Assembly: GCA_023255955.1 (NCBI GenBank)
Contig: JAGDWD010000008.1
Location: forward strand, 128,845 to 192,844
Source of the DNA: Desulfurococcales archaeon
Lineage (GTDB): Archaea; Thermoproteota; Thermoprotei_A; Sulfolobales; NBVN01
Direction: 5' to 3'
DNA length: 64,000 nt
Shown here: positions 54,339 through 64,000 of the stretch, piece after piece
How the letters are laid out: each line of letters opens with the position of its first letter
Position numbering within the stretch: the stretch's first letter is position 1
The notes under the pieces: generated by a model
Told to the model about the DNA's origin: nothing
What the model saw: the letters and a program-made list of their open reading frames with translations, nothing else
Database searches by the model: none
Program-made: the position numbers and the translations under genes

Positions 54339-54566
54339 TCACCCCTTAGGAGCCGGGGAGATCAGAACTATGTTCTCCCCTCTAATCACTACCGTACCGA
54401 GCCTCCGAGTCTTATCCTCGAGAACTTCGTAGGCATCCTCCAAGACTATGTTTAGGTGCTGATCGAAGCTCTTTAGCTTACCTCTAACCACTTCGCTAGA
54501 CCTCAACTTCACGACGACGTCCTGGCCCAGGTTCTCACCAAGTAACCTCTGCGCCGCGTCACTCAC
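54339..54566 (-). CDS. Sm-like archaeal protein (LSm)
   Basis: The Sm1/Sm2 motifs are VVVKLRSSEVVRGKLKSFDQHLNIVL...VVIRGENIVLISP. Confidence 0.9.
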   Translation of the reverse strand: MSDAAQRLLGENLGQDVVVKLRSSEVVRGKLKSFDQHLNIVLEDAYEVLEDKTRRLGTVVIRGENIVLISPAPKG

Positions 54567-54617
54567 CTTAAGCCCCCTATGTCGTAAGGGTAAAGCTTAT
54601 AAACCTTAATAGGAGGG

Positions 54618-55154
54618 TCATAGCCTACCGAACTTCTTTAGAACCTCAAGCGATATGCTCCAGATATCGTCCCCAGCATGATGTACGTTCTTCAAAGCCC
54701 TCCCCCTCCTAACTGCGAGCACCTCACCCGAACTCATTAACGCTTTCGTCACAGCTAGCGGGGTCTTCCGATCTAGGGACCAGACAGCGACGGTGTCCCC
54801 CACACTGAACGAGCTTACCTCCACTATCCCGGGAGCCATAACGTCCGCACCGTTAAGTATGTGCTTCACAGCACCAGCATCTACCACCGCATAGCTAATT
54901 GCCTCTATCCCGGCCATCCTAATAGTAACAAGTGTTGGTAAAACCTCTTCACCGTACTTAAATGCTAGGGGCAGTCCATCAACTACGTAGATAGTTACAT
55001 CCTCCGCACTAGCCTCGAAAGCAGCTTCAGGCTGCCCTAGCCCGATAGACGAACACAACCTCGGGTACCTAGAGCAGAACCCCTCTATGAAGCTCTTTAA
55101 GTCCCTACGCCTTAAAGGTGTGTAAACTACCCTAACCGACAATATGCCCTCCAA
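54618..55154 (-). CDS. PUA-domain RNA-binding protein
   Basis: It has a C-terminal PUA-like segment (AVVDAGAVKHILNGADVMAPGIV...GDTVAV) and a length of 178 aa. Confidence 0.6.
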   Translation of the reverse strand: MEGILSVRVVYTPLRRRDLKSFIEGFCSRYPRLCSSIGLGQPEAAFEASAEDVTIYVVDGLPLAFKYGEEVLPTLVTIRMAGIEAISYAVVDAGAVKHILNGADVMAPGIVEVSSFSVGDTVAVWSLDRKTPLAVTKALMSSGEVLAVRRGRALKNVHHAGDDIWSISLEVLKKFGRL

Positions 55155-55192
55155 CGCTTAAAGCTTAAAACCGGATAATAAATTACTGAGTT

Positions 55193-55269
<77 letters not shown>

Positions 55270-55403
55270 CGTTTAATAGTCAAACCCTTAATTCTCCTCT
55301 ATCAGCAAGCTGTAGGAACGTGTTCATAGTTGAAAGCCCGCTATTCAGGGCGGGAAGAGGTAGGCCAAGAACCTACTTACGGTAGAAGCCTCTCCAATAT
55401 ATT

Positions 55404-55419
55404 TAGGTTTTCGAACCTA
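55404..55419. promoter_or_regulatory. Palindrome TAGGTT-n4-AACCTA upstream of ferritin (candidate metal-regulator operator)
   Basis: These perfect 6-bp inverted half-sites sit just downstream of an AATATATTTA TATA-like element, about 60 nt upstream of the ferritin ATG. Confidence 0.3.
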
Positions 55420-55479
55420 TCGAATAACATGTTAATATGCTTATATTACTATTCCCACAACTATAGGTTGGAGATAAAA

Positions 55480-55974
55480 ATGAGCTTACTTAGTACTAAG
55501 ATGGAGGAGTTACTGAATAAACAGCTAAACCAGGAGCTTAGAAACGCCTACCTCTACCTATCGATGGCATCCTACCTAGATAACCTCGGGCTTAGAGGGT
55601 TTGCCCACTACTTCAAGGTGCAGGCTAAGGAGGAGTTGGGTCACGCTATGAAGATATATGGGTTCATTAACGATCTGGGAGGTAGGGTAGTACTTCAGGA
55701 TATACCTAAACCTAAGGAAAGCTGGGGCTCCGTCCTGGAGATTGCTGAGGACTTCTATAAGGCTGAGGTCGAAAATACGTGGAGGTTCTACGAGCTTATG
55801 GATAGAGCTAGAGAGGAGGGAAACAAATCGGTTGAGTCCTTCCTGAAGTGGTTCATAGATGAGCAGGTTGAGGAGGTGAGTAGTGCTAGTGATCTCCTAG
55901 CGAAGGTCAGGATGGTAGGAGAGCAGAAACATGCGTTACTCATGTTAGACTCTAAGCTAGCTGAGAGGAAGTAG
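55480..55974 (+). CDS. ftn: Ferritin
   Basis: From the internal ATG it reads MSLLSTKMEELLNKQLNQELRNAYLYLSMASY...EELGHAMK... (di-iron ligand pattern). The track start at 55330 is an upstream extension. Confidence 0.8.
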   Translation: MSLLSTKMEELLNKQLNQELRNAYLYLSMASYLDNLGLRGFAHYFKVQAKEELGHAMKIYGFINDLGGRVVLQDIPKPKESWGSVLEIAEDFYKAEVENTWRFYELMDRAREEGNKSVESFLKWFIDEQVEEVSSASDLLAKVRMVGEQKHALLMLDSKLAERK

Positions 55975-56026
55975 CCTACCTTTATGTTTATTTAGTAGAA
56001 TATACGCAATGTTTTGTCTATTCACA

Positions 56027-57988
56027 TCATATAACTAATGCTAGTGAGTCTAGAACTCTGGGAGCGTAGAGCTCTATATTCGGGTTCAGCCCAAGCTCCT
56101 TAGTCTTCTTCAATATAGTTGTCTTCAGGCTCTCAAGGGCCGCTGGCTCCCCGTGGTTCAGGATTATTCTCTTCGGTTTAGTCTCCAGCTCGGCTAGGTA
56201 CTTGAGGATCTGCTTCCTGTCTGAGTGGCCGGAGAACCCTTCTATGGCGTGGACCTCCATAGCTACCTTAATTACATCTATCTTATCCCCTACTAGTATG
56301 TGGACCTCCTTAGCTCCGTCACGCACCTTCCTCCCTAAAGTCCCCTCAACCTGGTAATTAACGAAGATGAGTGTGTTGTTGGGGTTCTCCGCCATTAGCC
56401 TGAAGTACTCTACTGCTGGCCCACCGTTAAGCATCCCCGACGTTGCTAGGATGATGCACGGATCTTTTGACTCAACTATCTCTGACCTAGCTACCCCTCC
56501 ACTCACGACCTCAAAGGCTGGGTGGAGGAACGGGTTCTCTGAGTTGTATATTCGGTCTCTGAGTTCCTTAGACAGTAGCTCTGGGTATGCTGTGTGTATG
56601 GCTGTTACCTCGTTAATCATTCCCTCTATGTAAACCGGGACCTCCGGTAGCTCCCCAGCCCTCATAGCATCAGCTATTATCAGCAGAACCTCCTGAGATC
56701 TCCCGACAGCGAGTGAGGGTATCAACACCTTACCCTGACGCTCCAGTGTTCTCTTAATTATGTTTTTGAGTTCCTCAGCAGATTTCTCCCTATCTGGTTG
56801 CTCACTGCTTCCGTAGGTCCCCTCAATTATTAGCGTATCAACCCTCGGGAACTTGTTGTTAGCTTTATCTAGTAGCTTCGTCTTATCGTACTTAAAGTCA
56901 CCCGTATACACGATGTTGTGTAGACCGTTACCTATGTGTAGGTGGGCTATGGCGGACCCCAGTATGTGGCCGGCATTGTATAGAGTTAGCCTGACATCAG
57001 GCGCTATATCTGTTACCTCCCCGTATCTGAGGGTTATCGTATGTATGAGGGCTTCCTGGACGTGGCGGGATTCGAACGGTAGGCTCCTTCCCTCCCTCTT
57101 AGTTAGCTCTATAAGATCCTTCTCGAGGAGTATCATCAAGTCCCGCGTTGCCTGCGTCATGTACACCGGGCCCTTATACCCGTACTTGAATAGATACGGT
57201 AACAGCCCTACATGGTCTAAGTGTGCGTGTGTAACTACCACAGCATCTATATCCTCAGGCTTGACCCCGATAGCGTCGAGTCTAGGTGCGAAGCTCTTAA
57301 GGAGGTTCGTGCCGGGGTTGAGACCGAAGTCCAGTAGTATCTTAGACTCAGCTGTTTCGACGAGTATAGCGGACCTGCCCACCTCCATGAAGCCTCCGAG
57401 GGCTGTGATCCTAACGTAGTTATCCTTGAAGATTACCTCCCTATGTATCCTCTCCCCAACAGCCCTGAGGAACTCCAGCCTCTCTGCTGATTGCCTTATA
57501 ACGTAGTTAAGCTCTGACTCTAAGATCAGGGACTTCAGTGGGGGCTTCCTAACTATCCTCGGTCTCCAACCTGTCTCAACGAATATTTCCTTGAACAACT
57601 TCCTGTTGTTCTCGATGAACGCCTGTGGATTGGGAGTCTTTATCACTACCTCACCAACTACCTCATCGAAAATTATGTCGGAGTCGCTCTCTATGAGACC
57701 CTTAGCCTTACTGAGGATAATTTTCTTAGCTTCACTCTCCCGGGCTCTCTCCGATTCATCGACCCTAACTACGACCCTCTTCTTTATTGCCTTAGCTAGG
57801 CTCCTTATGGACTCCTCGTTCTCTACTATAAACGATACGTTCCTGACGTAGACAACTACTTCGGGGCCCTCGAACTCTATCTTAGTTACCTGAGCCTCAG
57901 GAGGTAATCTCTTAAATATCTCGCTCCTGATGTTCTCTCGGATATCATCTATGAATCTAATATCTCTCCTTATCATCCCCCTAATCAA
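56027..57988 (-). CDS. aCPSF1 (KH-domain beta-CASP metallo-beta-lactamase RNase)
   Basis: It has N-terminal KH domains, VVTHAHLDHVG (HxHxDH) and a beta-CASP region. The length is 653 aa. Confidence 0.9.
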   Translation of the reverse strand: MIRGMIRRDIRFIDDIRENIRSEIFKRLPPEAQVTKIEFEGPEVVVYVRNVSFIVENEESIRSLAKAIKKRVVVRVDESERARESEAKKIILSKAKGLIESDSDIIFDEVVGEVVIKTPNPQAFIENNRKLFKEIFVETGWRPRIVRKPPLKSLILESELNYVIRQSAERLEFLRAVGERIHREVIFKDNYVRITALGGFMEVGRSAILVETAESKILLDFGLNPGTNLLKSFAPRLDAIGVKPEDIDAVVVTHAHLDHVGLLPYLFKYGYKGPVYMTQATRDLMILLEKDLIELTKREGRSLPFESRHVQEALIHTITLRYGEVTDIAPDVRLTLYNAGHILGSAIAHLHIGNGLHNIVYTGDFKYDKTKLLDKANNKFPRVDTLIIEGTYGSSEQPDREKSAEELKNIIKRTLERQGKVLIPSLAVGRSQEVLLIIADAMRAGELPEVPVYIEGMINEVTAIHTAYPELLSKELRDRIYNSENPFLHPAFEVVSGGVARSEIVESKDPCIILATSGMLNGGPAVEYFRLMAENPNNTLIFVNYQVEGTLGRKVRDGAKEVHILVGDKIDVIKVAMEVHAIEGFSGHSDRKQILKYLAELETKPKRIILNHGEPAALESLKTTILKKTKELGLNPNIELYAPRVLDSLALVI

Positions 57989-58587
57989 CCTGACGAATAA
58001 GACCTTTCCTCGATCCCATTAGGTCTCACTATAGCTACGTCCACAGCCTCGCCTGTAAATACGTCCCTCCTAATTGATGATCTAACGGCTTTAACTGCTA
58101 GAGCAACTGCTTCCTCCTCGCTCATATCTTCCCTATACTCAGACTCTAAGACCCCTATAGCTACCGGAGAACCTGACCCGGTCACTGTATACTTCTCCTC
58201 GGTGTAGTCTCCGAAGAACTCGATGTTAAATAGCCTAGGCCTGTCGTCGTAGCCTGCTAGTATGAACTGCACGATGAATGGGACGTACTTGTATGCGTTC
58301 AGGAGGAGGGATAGGTAGGCAGCCAGGGACTTCACCGGGATCTTAGCCTTATTAGCTAAGCTGTACTCCGTTGCCTTAATCCTGAGTAAGGATGCCAGTA
58401 CCTGGGTGTCCGCAACTAAGCCAGCTGTAGTCAGGACTACGTGGTCAGATATCCGCACTATTTTCTTCACGGCCTTGTGTGCTACGTAGGTTCCACTACT
58501 AGCTCTCTTATCTGCCGCTACTATCACAGCATTCCTCGCTACTAGTCCTACCGTTGTTGTTCCGTGTAGAACCCTCAACTTCCACAC
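57985..58587 (-). CDS. psmB: Proteasome beta subunit
   Basis: The LHG|TTTVGLV processing and active-site sequence is present. I prefer the GTG at 58587 (short propeptide), because the track start at 58695 would overlap the divergent egsA 5' end by 51 nt. An alternative ATG is at 58659. Confidence 0.85.
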   Translation of the reverse strand: MWKLRVLHGTTTVGLVARNAVIVAADKRASSGTYVAHKAVKKIVRISDHVVLTTAGLVADTQVLASLLRIKATEYSLANKAKIPVKSLAAYLSLLLNAYKYVPFIVQFILAGYDDRPRLFNIEFFGDYTEEKYTVTGSGSPVAIGVLESEYREDMSEEEAVALAVKAVRSSIRRDVFTGEAVDVAIVRPNGIEERSYSSG

Positions 58588-58644
58588 CTTTCCAGTTAAG
58601 ATCTCCAGACTTAAATGCTTGCTCGGTTTATAAGTTTTCAGTGA

Positions 58645-59706
58645 GTGAGTATGTGGCATTCGATAGACCTTTTTAAGAAGGTGGTTGTAGGGCACGGAGT
58701 CTCCGAGAAATTAGCTAGCATCATCTCCGAGCTCGGACTTGGAGGTAGGTTAGCTATAGTTACAGGTCCTAACGTTAGGAGAGCCGTAGTTGAGGCCCTC
58801 ATAAGCAGCACGTTAAGTAACTTCGACATCGAGGTGTTCGAGGTTAGATCCCCCCTCGTTGAGGAGGCTGAGGAGGTGGCTGACATGGCGAGGAACTACA
58901 ACGCATCGCTAATCGTAGCGATCGGAGGTGGTAAGAGTATCGATGTAGCTAAGTACGTATCGTATAGGCTTGGGATTAACTACCTCACTGTCCCGACAGT
59001 GACCTCACATGACGGTATAGCGTCCCCATTCGCCTCCCTCAGAGGCTTGGAGACCGTGTACTCGATAAAGGTAATGCCGCCTGTATCTGTTGTGGTCGAC
59101 ATAGACATAATTTCGAAGGCTCCTAAGCGGGTAGCTATAGCTGGTGCTGGGGACTTAGTAGCTAAGTTGACAGCAGTTAGGGACTGGAAACTCGCACATA
59201 GACTGAAAGGAGAGTACTTCGGTGACTACGCAGCTTCTCTGGCCCTCCTATCAGCTAAGCACGTATTCGCATATAGTAAAGCTATATCCCGTGGTACACC
59301 GACAGGGCTTCGAGTCCTTGCTGAGGGATTGATAAGCTCCTCCACAGCTATGTGCATAGCTGGCTCTACGAGACCTGCGAGCGGCTCTGAGCACCTATTT
59401 AGCCATGCTCTCGACATTGTGGCTAGCTACCCAGCACTACATGGAGAGCAAGTAGGTGTTGGGACGATAATGATGGGCTACATCCACGGTATTAACTGGA
59501 GGAAGATCAAGAAAACCCTGAAGAAACTTGGGCTACCTACCACCGCCAGGGAGCTGGGCGTTAAGGAACAGCACATAATTGATGCTCTAACACTAGCACA
59601 CAGAATAAGACCGGAGAGGTACACGATACTCGGGGAGAGTGGGCTCACAAGGGAAGCTGCTGAGGAGGTAGCTCTCAGAACCGGTGTTATAGGCAATGAC
59701 TGCTAA
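58645..59706 (+). CDS. egsA: sn-Glycerol-1-phosphate dehydrogenase
   Basis: It has GGGKSIDVAKY and the metal ligands ...HGEQVG..., matching the iron-ADH-like fold typical of archaeal G1PDH. Confidence 0.85.
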   Translation: MSMWHSIDLFKKVVVGHGVSEKLASIISELGLGGRLAIVTGPNVRRAVVEALISSTLSNFDIEVFEVRSPLVEEAEEVADMARNYNASLIVAIGGGKSIDVAKYVSYRLGINYLTVPTVTSHDGIASPFASLRGLETVYSIKVMPPVSVVVDIDIISKAPKRVAIAGAGDLVAKLTAVRDWKLAHRLKGEYFGDYAASLALLSAKHVFAYSKAISRGTPTGLRVLAEGLISSSTAMCIAGSTRPASGSEHLFSHALDIVASYPALHGEQVGVGTIMMGYIHGINWRKIKKTLKKLGLPTTARELGVKEQHIIDALTLAHRIRPERYTILGESGLTREAAEEVALRTGVIGNDC

Positions 59707-60145
59707 AGCTATTAAAACCCTTGTCAGTAAGTACGTTGCTAAGGTAGGCCACAGGTTCCTGTTCTCGGGCCCTATGAGTGAGTGCTTGAGCTGTAGATTC
59801 AGACATGCCTGTCTAGGCAACCTAGAGGCTGGGGTAGTATACGAGGTAGTTCAGACGTACAATATAGTAAATAAGTGCCCAGTACTTGGAGAGGTAGTGA
59901 CGGTCGACGTAAAGCCAGCTGAGATAGATGTGGCGTTAGATCCTCGAGCAGCTATTGAGGGGATGGTAACGACATATAGACACATCGACTGCAGGACGCA
60001 GTGCAATCTCTCGGAGCTGTGTAGGAGTCCCTGGATAAAGGACGGCTCTAAAGTGAAGGTAGTCTCAGTTGAGGGGAGGATACCCTGCAAAGCTGGGAAA
60101 AACCTGACTAGAGTTAAGGTTGTGGTACTGCCGCAGCGAAGCTGA
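59696..60145 (+). CDS. UPF0179 family Cys-rich protein
   Basis: The sequence FLFSGPMSECLSCRFRHACLGNLEAGVVYEVV...CP... matches the UPF0179 pattern. Confidence 0.55.
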   Translation: MTAKAIKTLVSKYVAKVGHRFLFSGPMSECLSCRFRHACLGNLEAGVVYEVVQTYNIVNKCPVLGEVVTVDVKPAEIDVALDPRAAIEGMVTTYRHIDCRTQCNLSELCRSPWIKDGSKVKVVSVEGRIPCKAGKNLTRVKVVVLPQRS

Positions 60146-60177
60146 CTTACCTATAGTAGAGTGGTTCTACAGTAAGT

Positions 60178-60822
60178 CTAGGTGAGCTTCGTGTTTATCT
60201 GAACTATTTCCTCACTTATCATATTTCCTCTAACGATCTTCCTCTTCCGCTCCCCCTCGTTCTTCGGGTGAAAACCTGGAGGTGATGAAAGTAGTAGAGC
60301 CTTCTTTGCGGATCCCGGCACCGTCGGCACCATCGGAAAACCTGAGGAGTCTGATCCCCCAGTTATTAACAGTCTCTTACCCGGGATTCCGATGACCGAC
60401 CCATCTACGTAGTCACCGATCTTCTTACCTATGAATGCTGCTGCGCTAGCTCCCTCCACAACTATCTGGAACGCCTTGGCTCTGAAGATCTCAGCTAGAG
60501 CCTCACCACTACTGAGTTTCTCCGAGATTGTGCCGGCCGGTACATATACTGTGTCCTCTGGGACTTTAGGATCTGGCTCCAGTCTCACTGTAATGCTTAT
60601 CTTCTCCTTCTTCTCCCTATCCTTCCATATCCTCACTGTCGCTATCCTGTAGGGAGTGTTGAGCATCTCTATAAGCTTCGGGTTAGCTCTCGCTCTAATA
60701 AGCTCTCTCCCTTCCTTCATGGCCTCACTTAGCTTAAGCTCCTCGGACTCTACGATCTTTACGTAAATCACCCTCGGCTCCTTTGCCTCAGGATCTCCTA
60801 CTACTACCTTGAATGTAGCCAC
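60178..60822 (-). CDS. rps6e: Ribosomal protein S6e
   Basis: It has MATFKVVVGDPE... and GGSDSSGFPM, the S6e family pattern. Confidence 0.85.
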   Translation of the reverse strand: MATFKVVVGDPEAKEPRVIYVKIVESEELKLSEAMKEGRELIRARANPKLIEMLNTPYRIATVRIWKDREKKEKISITVRLEPDPKVPEDTVYVPAGTISEKLSSGEALAEIFRAKAFQIVVEGASAAAFIGKKIGDYVDGSVIGIPGKRLLITGGSDSSGFPMVPTVPGSAKKALLLSSPPGFHPKNEGERKRKIVRGNMISEEIVQINTKLT

Positions 60823-60875
60823 TCAGCGCACCAAATCCTTTGTCAGGTTGTTATATTTAAGCCCTCTGATGTTGC

Positions 60876-61961
60876 TCATGTGTTATGTGTTCCACTATCA
60901 GCAGTCCTACCTAAGTAGCTCATAGTCTCTTGATAGCTCACGGAGTACTTAAGTATAGCTACTAAACCACCGAAGGCCTTAACCTTACTGAAGGTGGGAG
61001 TCTCCTCAGGAACCAACCTCACCTCCCCACCCTTAGACTCTACGTAGTCCATTATCTCGGTAACCTCCTCAGCTTTCTCGCCGTACAATATATCCTCACA
61101 AACCAGTAACCTAGAAACCGCCCCCCGCTTAGCTAAAGCTTTCACGACATCGAATCCGTAAGCTACTCTCTCACTCCCGGTGGAGACTAACTTAAGGAAT
61201 TCCTCGAATATCTCCTCCACTACGAGCACGTTATGGGTCCGCAAAACGTTCCTGAAAGCATCCCTCCTAACTAACTCCACTATACCCTGCCTACCCCCAC
61301 TACTTACTGAGTCAACTACGACGGACCTTCCGAGCCTCTCCCTCAAGATTTCGGCTACCAAGTCCTTCAAGAAAGCTGGGGAGGCAATGATGATAACGTC
61401 CGGGTTCTCCCTCTTAGCTGAATCTATCACCACCTCAGCTATCTTCCTCGCTAAATCCTCTATTGGGGGCCCATCATCCCGGACCCCCTCTAAACTCCTC
61501 TCAGCTAAGTACTTAATCCCCTGCTCAAAAACTGTCGCGATAGCTAACTCATCGAAGTCGAATGCTGCTAGCAGAACCCTCAACCTCCTGGTGGAGGCTT
61601 TCCTCAACCTATTTAGCTGCTCCTCCGTCCACTTAGACTTAACTATAGCTAGCTCAGAACCTACGTCAATATTAAGTGTGTGGTACGAACCTCTAAGACC
61701 GTAGCCGTCAGGACCTTCCTCAATCCTTCCATGTATACGTAGCCTCCCGCTAAACGGCTGGAAGTAAACCTCCTTGACACGTATTGCTAGGACCATCGGT
61801 AAGCGCCTCTTACCTTCACCATCTATCTTAACGTCCCTCATAGTCTTGGCTATGACTAGGTCACCCTCCATTAACACGTTCTTCAGGATCCACAAATCGT
61901 CCTCACACTCGACACGTACCTCAATAACTCCGTGCTTAAGATCCTCTCTAACCACTTTCAA
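60876..61961 (-). CDS. pelA: Pelota (Dom34) mRNA surveillance factor
   Basis: It has the three-domain eRF1-like layout and an N-terminal MKVVREDLKHGVIEVRVE. The length is 361 aa. Confidence 0.9.
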   Translation of the reverse strand: MKVVREDLKHGVIEVRVECEDDLWILKNVLMEGDLVIAKTMRDVKIDGEGKRRLPMVLAIRVKEVYFQPFSGRLRIHGRIEEGPDGYGLRGSYHTLNIDVGSELAIVKSKWTEEQLNRLRKASTRRLRVLLAAFDFDELAIATVFEQGIKYLAERSLEGVRDDGPPIEDLARKIAEVVIDSAKRENPDVIIIASPAFLKDLVAEILRERLGRSVVVDSVSSGGRQGIVELVRRDAFRNVLRTHNVLVVEEIFEEFLKLVSTGSERVAYGFDVVKALAKRGAVSRLLVCEDILYGEKAEEVTEIMDYVESKGGEVRLVPEETPTFSKVKAFGGLVAILKYSVSYQETMSYLGRTADSGTHNT

Positions 61962-62095
61962 CTACCCTCACCTAAGATCTTGAACCACGCACTCATCCCT
62001 GCTATCAGTGAGCTTCACTATCATAGACGTATATAGATTTAGTGACTAATAAGGTAGGTGTAACTACATCCGAAAACTCATTTTCTGGGATGGGG

Positions 62096-62593
62096 TCAGA
62101 CACTGTAAAGAATGCTGAGACCTGATATCTTGTTGTGTAGGGTGTTAAATACGCCTACAACAGCGAGGTAGATAAATAAGTCTGTTACGTACCACTCATC
62201 AATGCCAGCTATTCCGATGAGAGTGAATGGTGTCCAACTCAGTCTGAAGGGGGAGTAGGGCGGTGGGACACCTAGAAAGTACGCTACGTAGCGTGAGACA
62301 TATATCATCGCTAAAATCCCGGCCCACAAAGCAAACAGGTTTATCCACATTAAGTTACGTAAGTTCCTGGATAAGCTGTCGTATCTGGCCTTAATTATCC
62401 TCCACTTCTTCTGCTTACTGGGGGAGGTCTCCCTAAGCTTCATCGCAGTATACTCCAGCTCGCGGAGTACTTTATCTAGCTTGACCCTCCTTATGTAAGC
62501 TCTAACCAGGAATGATATGGGTAGAAGACAGAGTAGAGGAAGGACAACGAACACAGCTAGGCTGAGGAGGACCTCCGCAATACTGTAAACCAA
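62096..62593 (-). CDS. DUF106 (EMC3/YidC-like) membrane protein
   Basis: It has 3 TM segments and a coiled-coil loop. It sits in the conserved position downstream of secY-adk. Confidence 0.6.
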   Translation of the reverse strand: MVYSIAEVLLSLAVFVVLPLLCLLPISFLVRAYIRRVKLDKVLRELEYTAMKLRETSPSKQKKWRIIKARYDSLSRNLRNLMWINLFALWAGILAMIYVSRYVAYFLGVPPPYSPFRLSWTPFTLIGIAGIDEWYVTDLFIYLAVVGVFNTLHNKISGLSILYSV

Positions 62594-62595
62594 GG

Positions 62596-63195
62596 TTAGA
62601 TCGCCTCTATTGCTGCTACTAATTCCTCAGCTGCTTTCTCGAAGAGTCCTTCGGGGTTAGATATAAATGTGACAGCCGCCCCCGAGATTACGGAACTAGC
62701 TATCGAGAAATATCTATTGAGCTGCAGTAACTCTTTAACGAATTCAATGCTCGATAAGTCGGCTCTGTACCGCGACGCATCCCTCTGCTGGCGGGCAACT
62801 ATCTCCTCCGGTTTAGCCTCTATCACGGCTATGAGGTTGGGCCTTAGTTCCTGCAGTACATTCATTGGGAGTCCGGTCCAGAAGCCGGTAGGGGTCTTTA
62901 TCACGGCGTGAGTATCTACTATCCCAATAACCTGCTCTCCTCTCTCGCTCTCCAACTCCTCCCTTATCTTCCTAGCGACCATCCCCTGCGTCTTGAGTTG
63001 GATAGTTAGAGGTAGCCTCCTGATCTCATCTCGTGTTCTCACCGTGCCTACCTCCTTCAGGTAGTTAAACATGTAGTCCCCGAAGTTCACTAACTTAACG
63101 TTATAGCCCTTCTCAACTAGCTTATTCCTGGCTATAGATAGGACCGTACTCTTCCCTACCCCCGGTATCCCCACAACCACTACCAGCTTCAACAT
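62596..63195 (-). CDS. adkA: Adenylate kinase, archaeal type
   Basis: It has the P-loop GIPGVGKSTV and a length of 199 aa. It lies immediately downstream of secY. Confidence 0.9.
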   Translation of the reverse strand: MLKLVVVVGIPGVGKSTVLSIARNKLVEKGYNVKLVNFGDYMFNYLKEVGTVRTRDEIRRLPLTIQLKTQGMVARKIREELESERGEQVIGIVDTHAVIKTPTGFWTGLPMNVLQELRPNLIAVIEAKPEEIVARQQRDASRYRADLSSIEFVKELLQLNRYFSIASSVISGAAVTFISNPEGLFEKAAEELVAAIEAI

Positions 63196-63196
63196 T

Positions 63197-64000
63197 CTAC
63201 TCGCCTACAAGTCTCCTAAGCACCGGGTACATCTCTAAGGCCTGTTCGTATGTTAGTGCTGTGTATATCTGCTGTAGGATACCTGATGCTAGGAGCAGGC
63301 CTATACCGCCCCCGAAAACACTGAATATATCTGCTACTAAGGACAGGGTAGCAACCACTAAGGAGCTCAGTACTGCTAGGGGGTACACATACCTAGATAG
63401 AACCATCTCAAGTGCCTTGGGGTTAGACCTCATCCCTGGAATGCTGATCCCGGACTTAATCAGGTTCTCAGCTTGTGCTGCTGGGCTTAAACCTCCTACC
63501 TCTACCCACATAAGCCCGAAGAGGACTGCGAGCCCCATCAGTAGGGCTGCGTAGATTACAGCTCTTACTGGGTCGTAAAGCACTCCTAGCAGACCTCTAG
63601 GAGAGCTTAGGAAGACCAGCACACTGTTAAGACCTTCTCTCAACCACTGGTATTGGGGTAGGTATGCCTCAACCATGTTTCTGAAGAGCATGATGTTAGA
63701 GAAAACTATACCCACTAAGAGGACCGGGATGTTTGAGACGTACAGGAAGTTCAGTGGTATCCTGCCCCTTATACCTGGAGCTCTCTGAATTGTTACAGGT
63801 ATGTTTATCTTCATCCCCTGGAGATACACTATAACGAGGAGGAGGATGAACGTGGATACCATACCTACAAGTGAGGGTAGTAGAGCTGTCTCTCCTCCAG
63901 CAAGGTATCCCGGTACGTAACCGTAGATAAGTCTTTGGATGTCTATATTGCCGTTAATGATGCCCTCTATTAGGTACGGGATCACACCATAACGATATAC
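63197..64000 (-). CDS. secY: Preprotein translocase SecY (C-terminal part; N-terminus outside window)
   Basis: The frame stays open to nt 64000, beyond the track start at 63985. It has multiple TM helices and the C-terminal pattern ...YEQALEMYPVLRRLVGE. Confidence 0.9.
   Translation of the reverse strand, partial: VYRYGVIPYLIEGIINGNIDIQRLIYGYVPGYLAGGETALLPSLVGMVSTFILLLVIVYLQGMKINIPVTIQRAPGIRGRIPLNFLYVSNIPVLLVGIVFSNIMLFRNMVEAYLPQYQWLREGLNSVLVFLSSPRGLLGVLYDPVRAVIYAALLMGLAVLFGLMWVEVGGLSPAAQAENLIKSGISIPGMRSNPKALEMVLSRYVYPLAVLSSLVVATLSLVADIFSVFGGGIGLLLASGILQQIYTALTYEQALEMYPVLRRLVGE

Overview
This 64-kb window looks like chromosomal DNA from a hyperthermophilic crenarchaeon (Thermoprotei-type). 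The gene set supporting that includes Alba, TBP, Orc1/Cdc6, PAN, separate Kae1 and Bud32, aCPSF1, Pelota, a proteasome beta subunit, G1P dehydrogenase, ribosomal proteins L14e, L37e, S6e, S24e and S27ae, and a SecY-Adk-DUF106 run. I call about 70 protein genes and 2 intronless tRNAs with encoded CCA (Leu-GAG, Ala-GGC). I recognised no rRNA, CRISPR array, transposase or integrase. TTG and GTG starts are common.

Most noteworthy observations:
1. A CO-metabolism neighbourhood (cooT, cooC, cooF-cooS) contains an orphan group-4 [NiFe]-hydrogenase large subunit plus an FeS subunit. No small subunit or membrane subunits are present. An unknown tail-anchored repeat protein and a serine-less SpeH paralogue sit beside them.
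2. A 1.27-kb non-coding spacer between cooC and cooS is saturated with CTAG. It has a 28-bp perfect palindrome and a 27-bp palindrome (13-bp arms), plus about 11 copies of GGAGTA/TACTCC.
3. A roughly 410-nt element upstream of orc1/cdc6 is closed by a long-range helix and looks like a large unclassified structured RNA. It includes an AT-rich tract that could alternatively be an origin-unwinding element.
4. An overlapping HerA-like ATPase and NurA-like nuclease pair lacks mre11/rad50 and is flanked by peptidase-like genes downstream of tRNA-Leu.
5. A low-GC island of about 6.6 kb carries a 5'-truncated aldehyde:ferredoxin oxidoreductase, a MoaD-like GG-terminal protein, a CCG-FeS/FAD oxidase pair and a secreted protein with an internal duplication.
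6. A 47-nt hairpin intron (BHB-like) splits cbf5 exactly at the catalytic GHGGTL/DPKVSG motif.
7. Two conserved genes (PAN and an Mre11/SbcD-related phosphoesterase) have homologous N-termini that lie upstream of any in-frame ATG, GTG or TTG. Each has a CTG preceded by an SD-like motif and a TATA-like box.

All calls come from reading the sequence and the ORF translations. No database search was run.
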